DNA of 32,000 nucleotides from Nostoc punctiforme PCC 73102 (lineage in GTDB: Bacteria > Cyanobacteriota > Cyanobacteriia > Cyanobacteriales > Nostocaceae), in NCBI RefSeq assembly GCF_000020025.1, contig NC_010628.1, positions 3,330,001 through 3,362,000 on the forward strand. Direction: 5' to 3'. The notes below the pieces were generated by a model. That model was not told where the DNA came from and ran no database searches. It saw nothing but the letters and a program-made list of their open reading frames with translations. The translations under genes were made by a program, and so were the position numbers. Below, in pieces: positions 11,304 to 19,529 of the stretch; within the stretch, counting starts at the first letter, position 1, and every line of letters begins with the position of its first letter.

Positions 11304-12702
11304 TTTAACCCTCTTGTGTCACTATCGCGGTAGTATAATAATGTACAAAGCCTAGAACCAAGACATAAAGCATGGTAGAGCCTCGTTCACCCATAAAAAC
11401 CGTCAAGTTTGTGGATGAATATTGCTTATGGTATAAAAACCTGTTTTCAGATGTTAGGAATTTTGAAGCTTTCAAATATCTACATATAGGATGTATTTCC
11501 GATTTAAAACGGAAAAGTCTACCTGAAATAGCGAAAATTGTCGGGCTAGATAACTATCAAGGACTACATCATTTCTTAACTACACCATCATGGTCAGTAG
11601 AACAGTTAAGAGCTTTGCGATTACAACTAATTTTAGAGGTACTAAAAGGAAGACCAATCATTTTAATTATTGATGAAACAGGAGATAAAAAGAAAGGTAA
11701 TACCACAGATTATGTGAAACGTCAGTACATAGGCAATTTAGGAAAAGTAGAGAATGGCGTTGTGGCAGTCACAGCTTACGGTATGTTCTGTGGAATGACA
11801 TTTCCACTGCTGTTTGAAGTATACAAGCCACGAGAAAAATTAAAGCCAGGAGACAAATATCTTACTAAGCCTCAAATCGGGGCAATGCTAATACGCAAGC
11901 TACAGTTAATGGGATTCAAATTCAACTTGGTACTAGCAGATAGCTTATATGGTGAGAGTAGCACAAATTTTATACCCGTATTAGATGAATTAGATTTAAA
12001 TTATCTAGTAGCAATTCGCTCAAACCATTCTGTAGCATTGCTTAAAGGTCAGTATACTCAATATTTAAACTGGCATAAGTTTAAAAGAGTATTCTCTGAC
12101 TTAAGTAGTGAGAATCGGTTTATTAGAGAAATAATACATGGCAAACGTAGCAATCATAGGTATTGGCAAATTACTACAGACACTCTTAACTTACCTGGAA
12201 ACTCTACCTGGTATGTAATGAGTAAATACCCAGACATTACACCAAGAGAAGTTGGGAATTTCTATGGCTTTAGGACATGGGTTGAGTATGGTTTAAAACA
12301 AAGTAAGAATCAGTTAGGTTGGGCAGATTATCGTTTTACTTGCTATGAAGATATTGAACGGTGGTGGGAGATTATTTGTAGCGCCTACTTAATGGTTAGT
12401 CTTCATTCAGAATCTCTGCGCCCTTATCCCCTAGATTCTCAATCAACATTTGCTTCACATCAGAGGTGGGATAATGGTAAAGGTTGGAAGAATATTCTCA
12501 ATAATCTCCGTCTCATCCTTCAACCTTTTACCCTATTTAATTTAATTCAGCCTTGGCTTTCAGTTTTTCCTATTCCTCATTTATCTTTGGGATTTGCTAA
12601 ACTCCAATCTGTTGTTTATTACCTTACCTATCCTACTTTTATATCCCTGACTGACCCTGATTTCTATTTTTCCTCTGCCTAAAGTGACACAACAGGGTTA
12701 AA
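11304..12702 (+). mobile_element. IS701-family-like insertion sequence (~1.4 kb) inserted in the CRISPR leader
   Basis: The terminal inverted repeats are tttaaccctCttgtgtcact (11304-11323) and agtgacacaaCagggttaaa (12683-12702), matching at 19 of 20 positions. They enclose a single transposase ORF. I could not identify a clean target-site duplication. Confidence 0.8.
11372..12682 (+). CDS. DDE transposase, IS701-family-like
   Basis: The 436-aa ORF has the N-terminal layout typical of IS701/ISAs-type transposases (…SLPEIAKIVGL…LIIDETGDKKKG…YIGNLGKVENGVV…LADSLYG…). The stop codon abuts the right inverted repeat. The family assignment is from memory, not a search. Confidence 0.8.
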   Translation: MVEPRSPIKTVKFVDEYCLWYKNLFSDVRNFEAFKYLHIGCISDLKRKSLPEIAKIVGLDNYQGLHHFLTTPSWSVEQLRALRLQLILEVLKGRPIILIIDETGDKKKGNTTDYVKRQYIGNLGKVENGVVAVTAYGMFCGMTFPLLFEVYKPREKLKPGDKYLTKPQIGAMLIRKLQLMGFKFNLVLADSLYGESSTNFIPVLDELDLNYLVAIRSNHSVALLKGQYTQYLNWHKFKRVFSDLSSENRFIREIIHGKRSNHRYWQITTDTLNLPGNSTWYVMSKYPDITPREVGNFYGFRTWVEYGLKQSKNQLGWADYRFTCYEDIERWWEIICSAYLMVSLHSESLRPYPLDSQSTFASHQRWDNGKGWKNILNNLRLILQPFTLFNLIQPWLSVFPIPHLSLGFAKLQSVVYYLTYPTFISLTDPDFYFSSA

Positions 12703-12858
12703 AGCTAAAACCCTATTTTGAAAAGCATTTCAGAAATTGCGCGGATGAGGATTAAGTAACTAATGGGTTGAAAGCCTTAGTGTACTTGGGATAGAAGTAC
12801 TTTTTTATGGCTGTGGAATTTGTACACCTACCCTTCCGCGCATTTGAGATGCAGAAAC

Positions 12859-13146
12859 CTAGCCAGAAGGGGACTCAGCAAAGAAAATTGTTTCGTCTCG
12901 TGGCTGTTCTCCACCAATACGTTCGATTTTTCGCTGACAACAGCCACAGAGAAAATAAAAGCGCACGCTATCGGTGTCGGGTTTAATCAATTTGGCTAAA
13001 CGCGATCGCAGTTTAGCATACTGAGTGGGAGTGACATCGCACTCAAATACACTCAGTTGCATCCATTGTCCATAAGACTTAAGAATCGAATGGATTTTAG
13101 TACGACGCTTATCTTCTGGAATGTCGTAGCTGACAACAATATACAT
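12859..13146 (-). CDS. cas2: CRISPR-associated endoribonuclease Cas2
   Basis: 95 aa, MYIVVSYDIPEDKRRTKI…SVFECDV, the typical Cas2 N-terminal beta-strand/Asp motif. It is the last gene of the cas operon, next to the leader. Confidence 0.93.
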   Translation of the reverse strand: MYIVVSYDIPEDKRRTKIHSILKSYGQWMQLSVFECDVTPTQYAKLRSRLAKLIKPDTDSVRFYFLCGCCQRKIERIGGEQPRDETIFFAESPSG

Positions 13147-13149
13147 GAA

Positions 13150-13176
13150 GGGAATGGGGAATGGGGAATAGGGAAA
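13150..13176. repeat. STRR-like heptamer tract (GGGGAAT-type, about 3.5 units) in the cas1-cas2 intergenic spacer
   Basis: The sequence gggaat ggggaat ggggaat agggaaa is read directly between the cas1 stop (13186) and the cas2 start (13146). Confidence 0.8.
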
Positions 13177-13185
13177 AATGATAAA

Positions 13186-14190
13186 TTATTTGAGAACTAA
13201 GGGGGGATATTTATCGATTTCGTTCATCAGGTATTTAGCCAGTAACCTCGCTTGAATTTCAAAGGATTCTTGGTAGGTGCATTTGTTTCCCATGACTGGA
13301 TGTTTGAACTCCGATAGTTTCTTTTGTTGGTAGGCGCGAAGAAATGTATGCAGTCCTTCTTTAGTTAAAGACACAGCACCACTGAGCGGTTCGGTGGTAA
13401 AGTCAGTTAGGGTTAGCGATCGCTTGTTAATCAGCGACAACACTACAGCATCCACTATTAAAGGACGAAATTCTTCCATCAAGTCCAAAGCTAGGGAAGG
13501 TCTACCATAACGTTCGACGTGTAAGTATCCTAGATAAGGATCGAAGCCAACAATATTTAAAGCACTTTGCACATCATGACGTAGTAATGAATACCCAAAA
13601 CTCAGTAGGGCATTAACCGGATCGGTTGGCGGACGGCGGCGTCTGGCTTCAAATCGGAATTCTGGGGTTTTAATTAACTGTTGAAAGCAACCGAAATAGG
13701 CTGCACTACCAGCACCTTCTAAGCCTCTGAGAGAATCAATACTGCTAGTTTTTTCGATTGGTGCGATCGCGTTTTCCAATCGAGTGATGTTATTATTCAG
13801 GTCAGTATCAGGATGTTCTCGCTGAGTGCGAAGTAAGCTATGGCGGTAATTTTTCAATTTACCCCGTACAAATCCTCTGACTAAATGTATTGCTGGTTGT
13901 GATTCTCCCACAGCTTGCCATTGGGCTTTACGAACAAAGATATTTTTGGTAACTTCTGGTTCTAAACGCCCTAAATATCGTCCGTTTTGTGTGAGAAATG
14001 TTAAGCAGATATGACGTTCTAAAAGTTCACTGACAACGGCGGGAGAAATAGTAGCCCGCCCTAATACTACAATCCCTTCTAGTTTAATTAAAGGGATATC
14101 CATGATAGTTTTTTGTTCAGATTTGACGGTGAGACGTTCATCAACTTTGCCGATAAAAGCATCGGCTTGTGTTACGTAAAGTGTTCCCAT
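13186..14190 (-). CDS. cas1: CRISPR-associated integrase Cas1
   Basis: 334 aa, MGTLYVTQ…GKVDERL… with a C-terminal …LGYLHVERYGRPSLALDLMEEFRP… Cas1 catalytic region. It lies adjacent to cas2 and cas4. Confidence 0.95.
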   Translation of the reverse strand: MGTLYVTQADAFIGKVDERLTVKSEQKTIMDIPLIKLEGIVVLGRATISPAVVSELLERHICLTFLTQNGRYLGRLEPEVTKNIFVRKAQWQAVGESQPAIHLVRGFVRGKLKNYRHSLLRTQREHPDTDLNNNITRLENAIAPIEKTSSIDSLRGLEGAGSAAYFGCFQQLIKTPEFRFEARRRRPPTDPVNALLSFGYSLLRHDVQSALNIVGFDPYLGYLHVERYGRPSLALDLMEEFRPLIVDAVVLSLINKRSLTLTDFTTEPLSGAVSLTKEGLHTFLRAYQQKKLSEFKHPVMGNKCTYQESFEIQARLLAKYLMNEIDKYPPLVLK

Positions 14191-14339
14191 TTTTGATTCT
14201 TCCTAGTAATAATTGGGGCTTCAATGAATAGATTTGTCGGGTATAATTAAATACGGGTTAGCAAGGGTTGTTGGTGTAGATAATTGGTTTTTCAAGGCAC
14301 GATGAATCGCGTCTCTACATGATGGTTTTGGGGTATGGT

Positions 14340-14933
14340 TTAATTTACTTCTTGGTAACTTTTGACTTTATCGGTTGCTTTGGGTAAACATTGCGAATAA
14401 AGACTGCATCCTTGGCAGCGTTTGCTGTAAACTGGTTTTGGCATTGCTCCTGTTTCTAGGAGATTTGTCACAGATTCAATAGTAGCGATCGCACTATTTC
14501 GCAACTCTTGATTAATCTCTACTAATTGCCGTTGATGGGAGTGAGCATAATAGATATATCCAGTAGTAACTGGTTCTCCTGTCATTTCTTCTAAACATAA
14601 GGCTTGGGCACAAACTTGTAACTCATCGTTATCCCATTCGCCTTTGCGTCCCCGTTTGTATTCCACTGGATAAACTTGACCAGATTCTGCTTCAATTAAA
14701 TCAGATTTCCCGATGAGTTTGTATTGCTCAGACTTGAGCCAAATTGCCCGAACTTGCCAAGTTTCTCCTCGCTGTATATCGCTTGTAGTGTGGACGCGAT
14801 CGTGTAAAGTTGTGCCTTCAATTGTGTATTGATTATCAGTAAACTCGCCCGCACAAAACATCCGCCAACAGCGATGCGGACAATAGGCGTATTGATTCAG
14901 CGCCGCAATCGAAATATATTCGGTTTGATTCAT
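14340..14933 (-). CDS. cas4: CRISPR-associated exonuclease Cas4 (RecB-like, Fe-S cluster cysteines)
   Basis: 197 aa with an N-terminal YAYCPHRCW and a C-terminal CQGCSLYSQC. This is the one-plus-three cysteine pattern of Cas4, and a D…EYK nuclease motif is present. Confidence 0.92.
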   Translation of the reverse strand: MNQTEYISIAALNQYAYCPHRCWRMFCAGEFTDNQYTIEGTTLHDRVHTTSDIQRGETWQVRAIWLKSEQYKLIGKSDLIEAESGQVYPVEYKRGRKGEWDNDELQVCAQALCLEEMTGEPVTTGYIYYAHSHQRQLVEINQELRNSAIATIESVTNLLETGAMPKPVYSKRCQGCSLYSQCLPKATDKVKSYQEVN

Positions 14934-14964
14934 AACTTAGGTGGTTTTTAAATGATGATTGAAA

Positions 14965-15810
14965 TTATGGAGAATACATCTGTCGCGTCATTCCCATACC
15001 CATTGTTGTTTTTCTGCCGACACCAGTATATAAAGCAAAGTCAGCTAAAGCGTTAATCTGCTTAATTTGTATTGGTTCAACTGCCCCTAAAATCTTATAG
15101 GTAACTTCGCCAATAATGCCAATAAATTTGCTGCGGGAATCAGCTAATATTTCTGTGTGAATATTGACAAATGAGGGAAAGATTGACTCGATCGCAATCT
15201 GAGAAAATTCTATCCCACTGTATTTATTCCACCGCGAAAGTAGGGAATTAAAGACAGATTCTCTGGTAGGAAGGGTAGTGTCATACTGTCCTTGACGGAA
15301 GGCGGTAGGCGTGGAAAAAGTAAGGTTAATGGAAGAATTACCATCGCTAGCTTCTTCGTATAATTGAGCATAAGTATTAGCATTTGCCCAAGGTTGAATA
15401 GATTGGGGTGTGCCTTGAATGCTGGTAATATACAAGTCAGCCGGGCCAAGATGCCAAGGGCGATTGGGATTAAGATTTAGCCAGAGTTGGGTAAGTTTGC
15501 CAAATAAAGTGTCATCTAATAGAGAGATGCGCCACCAACAAGGAGTTCCGGCGGGAATGGGTTGTTGATGTGAGTATTGCAATTTAGATCCCCCCTTACC
15601 ACCCTTCAAAAGGGGAGAGTTTGTATTACTAATTTGTAGAGGTGAGAGGGTGAAAGCTTTATCAGCAGTGGAATCGTGTAAGCGATCGCCCAATGTGCTA
15701 TCTACAGAACTAACAAGGGTTAAAAATAGGGCGTGGAGATGTCTACCTGTAAGATATTGTGGTGGAATGGGCGATTGAGGTAGCAAATTCAACACTAAAC
15801 TATGAGGCAT
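14965..15810 (-). CDS. cas6: CRISPR repeat endoribonuclease Cas6
   Basis: 281 aa with the C-terminal glycine-rich loop GVGRKTTMGMGM typical of Cas6. Its position in a type I-D operon fits. The ATG overlaps the upstream ORF stop by 11 nt. Confidence 0.9.
   Translation of the reverse strand: MPHSLVLNLLPQSPIPPQYLTGRHLHALFLTLVSSVDSTLGDRLHDSTADKAFTLSPLQISNTNSPLLKGGKGGSKLQYSHQQPIPAGTPCWWRISLLDDTLFGKLTQLWLNLNPNRPWHLGPADLYITSIQGTPQSIQPWANANTYAQLYEEASDGNSSINLTFSTPTAFRQGQYDTTLPTRESVFNSLLSRWNKYSGIEFSQIAIESIFPSFVNIHTEILADSRSKFIGIIGEVTYKILGAVEPIQIKQINALADFALYTGVGRKTTMGMGMTRQMYSP
15583..15623. repeat. 41-nt small dispersed repeat copy embedded in frame in cas6
   Basis: tttagatccccccttaccacccttcaaaaggggagagtttg aligns end to end with the intergenic unit at 200-240. 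On the coding strand it contributes the Gly/Lys-rich segment …NSPLLKGGKGGSKLQ… of Cas6. Confidence 0.65.
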
Positions 15811-16420
15811 ACTTTCTCTTTTTGGTTGTAGACTGAGTGCTTCTTGACTCTACAGTAAACTCAGGGATTTCCTGGAGTTCAGCATCACTCAAACTATACT
15901 GTTCACAAACGAGACTTAGGCGATTTCCTGGGGTTTTGACAGCGTTAACCGAATGGGTTAAATCACCTTGAAAATAAACTAAAGTATTGAATTGGGGCTT
16001 AATTTGCCCAAGTTGGCGCTTGTGCGATCGCAATACCAGTTCTCCCCCTTCCATATCCGCAGGTACGCGCACATAAAGCACGCTGACAACCGCAGGCGGT
16101 TCAATGGTTTTGGAGTAGGAACGTAAGGAGCGATCAATATGCGGATCGACGCGGGAGCCTTCTTTTAGCTGTAAAGGATTGAGGTAAAAAGCATTACAGT
16201 TAGGCTGGAGAGCCAAATCTAGGTAAAGCTTGAAGTAGGGAAACTGCTGTTCTACCTTTGCTAATCCAGAACGCTGAAATACTACAGAAAATCCTTTAGT
16301 GGCGACAAAATCGCGGTTGAGGTTGTTGATAGCAAAGTAAGGACAAGCTTGGATTTCTCCCCACAAGTTGTTTAGGTAATCGCTGGGGAAGGCGTTGGTT
16401 TGTTGTTGATAGTGTTTCAC
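15800..16420 (-). CDS. 2OG-Fe(II) oxygenase superfamily protein (prolyl-4-hydroxylase-like fold) embedded in the cas operon
   Basis: 206 aa with a GTG start. It carries an HxD…H…RxS pattern: DPHIDRS, then EGGELVL, then DLTHSVNAV, then GNRLSLV, at the spacing expected for the double-stranded beta-helix facial triad and the 2OG-binding Arg. The tail is basic (TTKKRKYAS). The stop overlaps the cas6 start (ATGCCTCATAG). Confidence 0.7.
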   Translation of the reverse strand: MKHYQQQTNAFPSDYLNNLWGEIQACPYFAINNLNRDFVATKGFSVVFQRSGLAKVEQQFPYFKLYLDLALQPNCNAFYLNPLQLKEGSRVDPHIDRSLRSYSKTIEPPAVVSVLYVRVPADMEGGELVLRSHKRQLGQIKPQFNTLVYFQGDLTHSVNAVKTPGNRLSLVCEQYSLSDAELQEIPEFTVESRSTQSTTKKRKYAS

Positions 16421-16461
16421 TGGGGATGTGAAAGAAATATACTTATAAATCGATGTTCTAC

Positions 16462-16490
16462 AAATTCTCGCACCAATGGCGCGAGAATTT
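16462..16490 (-). other. Intercistronic stem-loop between cas3' and the oxygenase gene
   Basis: A perfect 10-bp stem aaattctcgc / gcgagaattt with a 9-nt loop. It lies 7 nt downstream of the cas3' stop and 42 nt upstream of the GTG start. It has no strong U-tract. Confidence 0.6.
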
Positions 16491-16496
16491 AATTAC

Positions 16497-18776
16497 TTAT
16501 CCTGCAATAAAAACCTCATCATCTGGAAGACGTAATTGTTTAAACTTCATTGCCATTGTTAAAATTCCCGACAAGCCTGTAAAAAATCTATATTCTTTCT
16601 CCATATCATTACAAACAATGGTTATTGGATAAGAAATAATTCCTTGCTTGTTTAATTGGAAAATAACAGCAGCATTTGTTCTGGGGCAAATAATCACTCC
16701 TGGTAACAGATGTTTATTTAAAGCTTGTATTAAAGGTGTTGGTCGTATTGCTCCTCCAGCAGTGCGAATAATTTGGCAATTCTTAAAAGCTGTTAGTTTA
16801 TTCAGTTCTGTACTGATAAATTCTTGCCAGTTATCAGTATAACGTAATCGAAAACTCAATTGATAAGTTTCAGTAGCGCGACTGGTGACTTCAATGTAAT
16901 CACCATTTTGAACAAATTCGTAATAGCGTAATAGGTGAAAAGGATCTAGTTTTGTTTCTTCAGATTCATCTATAATAAAACCATGAGGGTCACGAATGGA
17001 AAGACTTTCAAACAGACTAGAGCGAAAACTAAATAAAGGTGCATAGCTTGTACTAAAAACTTCAGCAAATTCTTTTAACTCAGCTAGTACATCTTCATCT
17101 TTTTGAAATAAATCTACGTATTCGTCTAAAGTTGTACGTCCTGCTTGTAAGTCATCCCAATCTTCAGGAAATTTAGCTTTGATAAAAGTTCTGACAAAAG
17201 CCTGACCACCTTTGATATACTTCCAATCCTTTTTGATTTCTTTGGGAGTTTTTTTTGCAATAGTTTCAGCACCTCGCAAAAGTTTCATTCTATAGCGATA
17301 ATCATCCCAAGTTCTATTTCCTTCAAAAATAGATTTTAGAGTATTGAATAACTCCAAAATCAATTTTTCCTCAGCTAAACCTTCAAGCATTTCTTCCAAT
17401 TCCAATAAGGGACGGGCAATTTCTAGAAATGCTTCTGAACGCCAGTAAGCTTTTAAAAAAGGCTTATTTAAAGAGGGAAGTGTTTCAAGTAAGTCTTTTA
17501 GCGCTGTACGTCCCTCAATAGTATCTAGAGAAGTTAAACCTTCATTCCAGGTGTTAGCAGGTAAGTAAGCAATGGCTTCTGAATCAATATTAGTTTCAGA
17601 TTTACCCAAAACACGCCCTACTCTACCAATTCTCTGCCAAAATGCGGCGCGATCGCGTGCTGAAAAAATCAACCAATCTAAATTTTGCCGTTTCGGTTCA
17701 GGATGTCTTTCAAAGTTAAATCCTACATCTACTGTGCTAGTAGCCAAGATGATTTGACATTGCATAGCCCTTTGTCTATCTTGTTTCGGTGCAGGGCCTG
17801 TAATGCGTCCGATGTAATTACTAAGTCCTTGCTGTCGCAATAAATCTGATAGACGATTAATATTATCAAGAGAATCAAGAATTACAGCACCATTTTCATC
17901 AGGTTTTTCTAGAAAACGTTGGATAACTTCTGCTGCTAACTCTGCTAACCACTCTTCCTTACTATCTGGTTTTGGTCTTAATTCCAGATTAACTGCTGTT
18001 TGTGACGGTAAAAGATTAGTATTACCTGATTCTCCATCAATTATTGCTATTTTTACACCAGCTTGTTTTAAATTCTGCAATGCTAATTCACAAGCTGGTT
18101 CTGGTGTTGCTGTGAGTAAAACTACCTTGCGTCCATTTTCAAAAAACCGAAAAATATGAGAATAGGCAAGATAAAACAGCATTCCTACTAACTGTTTAGC
18201 ATCGTAGAGGTGAAATTCATCAAAAATGACTGTCGAAAATTTGGTGTAAAAACCAGCAGCAATATTACCTCTATCCAGATTATTATATGCAAAGAAAGTT
18301 GCATAGTAAAAAATATAAGGATTTGTTACCAATAGAATTGGTGTATTCGCCCCAACATCATCGAAAACTGTAGCAGGATTTCGCAAAACATTATATAGCT
18401 TTTCTCCTGAACGACGACCAACTTTATCGTCAGGCCAGCTTTTAATATCTTTAGCTGAGGCTGATTTCACAACATGAGGTAAGTTAGCATCACGAACAAA
18501 CTGTTTTGCTGCTTCTGTTTGCTGTTCAATTAAAGCATTAGTGGGAGCAATGTAAACAGCACTGTTATTCGGCTGATGTTTTAATACTGCTAATCCTGCT
18601 TTAGTTTTACCTGTGCCAGTTGGTGCTAAATCAAGGATAATATCTGCATCCTTAGATTGTTCAAATACATCTAGTTGGTGTTGAAGTGCATTCTTTATGA
18701 AAGATATTTTATCTGGTGATGCACAAGCTGAAATACTACGGGGTTCTAATCTGATAACTAAGTTTTGATTACTCAT
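16497..18776 (-). CDS. cas3: Cas3' helicase (DEAD/DEAH-box SF2, no HD domain)
   Basis: Walker A is LAPTGTGKTKAG and motif II is VIFDEFHLYD. The helicase C-terminal region reads …QRIGRVGR…. The preferred start is ATG 18776-18774 (MSNQNLVIRLEP…), which overlaps the csc1 stop as ATGAGTAA. The ORF-track start at 18818 lies inside csc1. Confidence 0.9.
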   Translation of the reverse strand: MSNQNLVIRLEPRSISACASPDKISFIKNALQHQLDVFEQSKDADIILDLAPTGTGKTKAGLAVLKHQPNNSAVYIAPTNALIEQQTEAAKQFVRDANLPHVVKSASAKDIKSWPDDKVGRRSGEKLYNVLRNPATVFDDVGANTPILLVTNPYIFYYATFFAYNNLDRGNIAAGFYTKFSTVIFDEFHLYDAKQLVGMLFYLAYSHIFRFFENGRKVVLLTATPEPACELALQNLKQAGVKIAIIDGESGNTNLLPSQTAVNLELRPKPDSKEEWLAELAAEVIQRFLEKPDENGAVILDSLDNINRLSDLLRQQGLSNYIGRITGPAPKQDRQRAMQCQIILATSTVDVGFNFERHPEPKRQNLDWLIFSARDRAAFWQRIGRVGRVLGKSETNIDSEAIAYLPANTWNEGLTSLDTIEGRTALKDLLETLPSLNKPFLKAYWRSEAFLEIARPLLELEEMLEGLAEEKLILELFNTLKSIFEGNRTWDDYRYRMKLLRGAETIAKKTPKEIKKDWKYIKGGQAFVRTFIKAKFPEDWDDLQAGRTTLDEYVDLFQKDEDVLAELKEFAEVFSTSYAPLFSFRSSLFESLSIRDPHGFIIDESEETKLDPFHLLRYYEFVQNGDYIEVTSRATETYQLSFRLRYTDNWQEFISTELNKLTAFKNCQIIRTAGGAIRPTPLIQALNKHLLPGVIICPRTNAAVIFQLNKQGIISYPITIVCNDMEKEYRFFTGLSGILTMAMKFKQLRLPDDEVFIAG

Positions 18777-19527
18777 TGCTACTTTCTCTACCGCAAAAAT
18801 GTAAACCTGCTGGCACAATCATTTCTCCAATTTGCCAAGCAGCACCCCGAAAATGAAGATTTTTAATGATGGGTGCAGGAGGAATAGAAATTAAATCGAA
18901 CGCTAAAGCCTCTATTTGCTGTGGTAAATCAGCAGCATTTAGGTAATGTTGACTTTGATATTCACCTTCTGGTAGTAAAGTCACAGGGAATTCATTCAGC
19001 ACATTCACTTGAACTTTACTCATGAATTTACCAAGGCGAATATAAGTTGGTAATTGGTGATTTCCAAATACCAAAGTTTGAAATTTGTTTCTGCGTTCAA
19101 TCATCCGCAGTCTTCCAGTTTGGGGAAAATTACTTGGTCTAAATGAACTTGGTTTTTTACCTTGGCGTTGTAATGGTAAATCTTCCCGCGCCGTAGCAAC
19201 ACGGTTATTAGTCATTGCATACCAGTAAGCATCAGAAAGAGCATTGAAACGTTCAAATCTGAATGTTACTCTACCTACTGGTGAAGCTGGTAAGATATAA
19301 AAATCTTGCGCTATTGGTTGGAAATCTTCTTTGTAGGTTGGTCGTCCTGTAGCCTGACCTTGGAGGCGATAGGGGGAATTTACTCTACCTAAAGCATAAG
19401 TAAGAGCATAATTCCCAATTACCCCCTCAGTGTAATAGGTATCAGACAACTCCCTAGAGGCAAAAAAGACTGGTTCAAGACAGTATAATTCAACAAGTTT
19501 TGCCTGCTGAAAAGGAATTGTTGACAT
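18769..19527 (-). CDS. csc1: Type I-D Cas5d (Csc1)
   Basis: 252 aa, sited between csc2 and cas3' with tight spacing. The N-terminus …LYCLEPVFFASRELSDTYYTEGVIGNYALTYALG… resembles the Csc1/Cas5 family. The assignment rests on context plus recollection of the family. Confidence 0.8.
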   Translation of the reverse strand: MSTIPFQQAKLVELYCLEPVFFASRELSDTYYTEGVIGNYALTYALGRVNSPYRLQGQATGRPTYKEDFQPIAQDFYILPASPVGRVTFRFERFNALSDAYWYAMTNNRVATAREDLPLQRQGKKPSSFRPSNFPQTGRLRMIERRNKFQTLVFGNHQLPTYIRLGKFMSKVQVNVLNEFPVTLLPEGEYQSQHYLNAADLPQQIEALAFDLISIPPAPIIKNLHFRGAAWQIGEMIVPAGLHFCGRESSNE

Positions 19528-19529
19528 AT

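Noticed and set aside
8122-11308. About twenty ORFs of 60-148 aa on both strands across the CRISPR array (for example 8615-8917, 10287-10733, 10803-11138).
   Set aside because: Their peptides are concatenations of translated repeats (FQSLIGILMNCN, VSIPDRDFDELQ, AIHQNPYQGLK, CNSSKSLSGIET) joined by spacer-encoded linkers. They are an artefact of a stop-free repeat, not genes.
11300-12706. A target-site duplication for the IS701-like element.
   Set aside because: The flanks (…gaaac / agct…) do not form a clean 4-bp direct repeat at any of the plausible IR boundaries, so no duplication is claimed.
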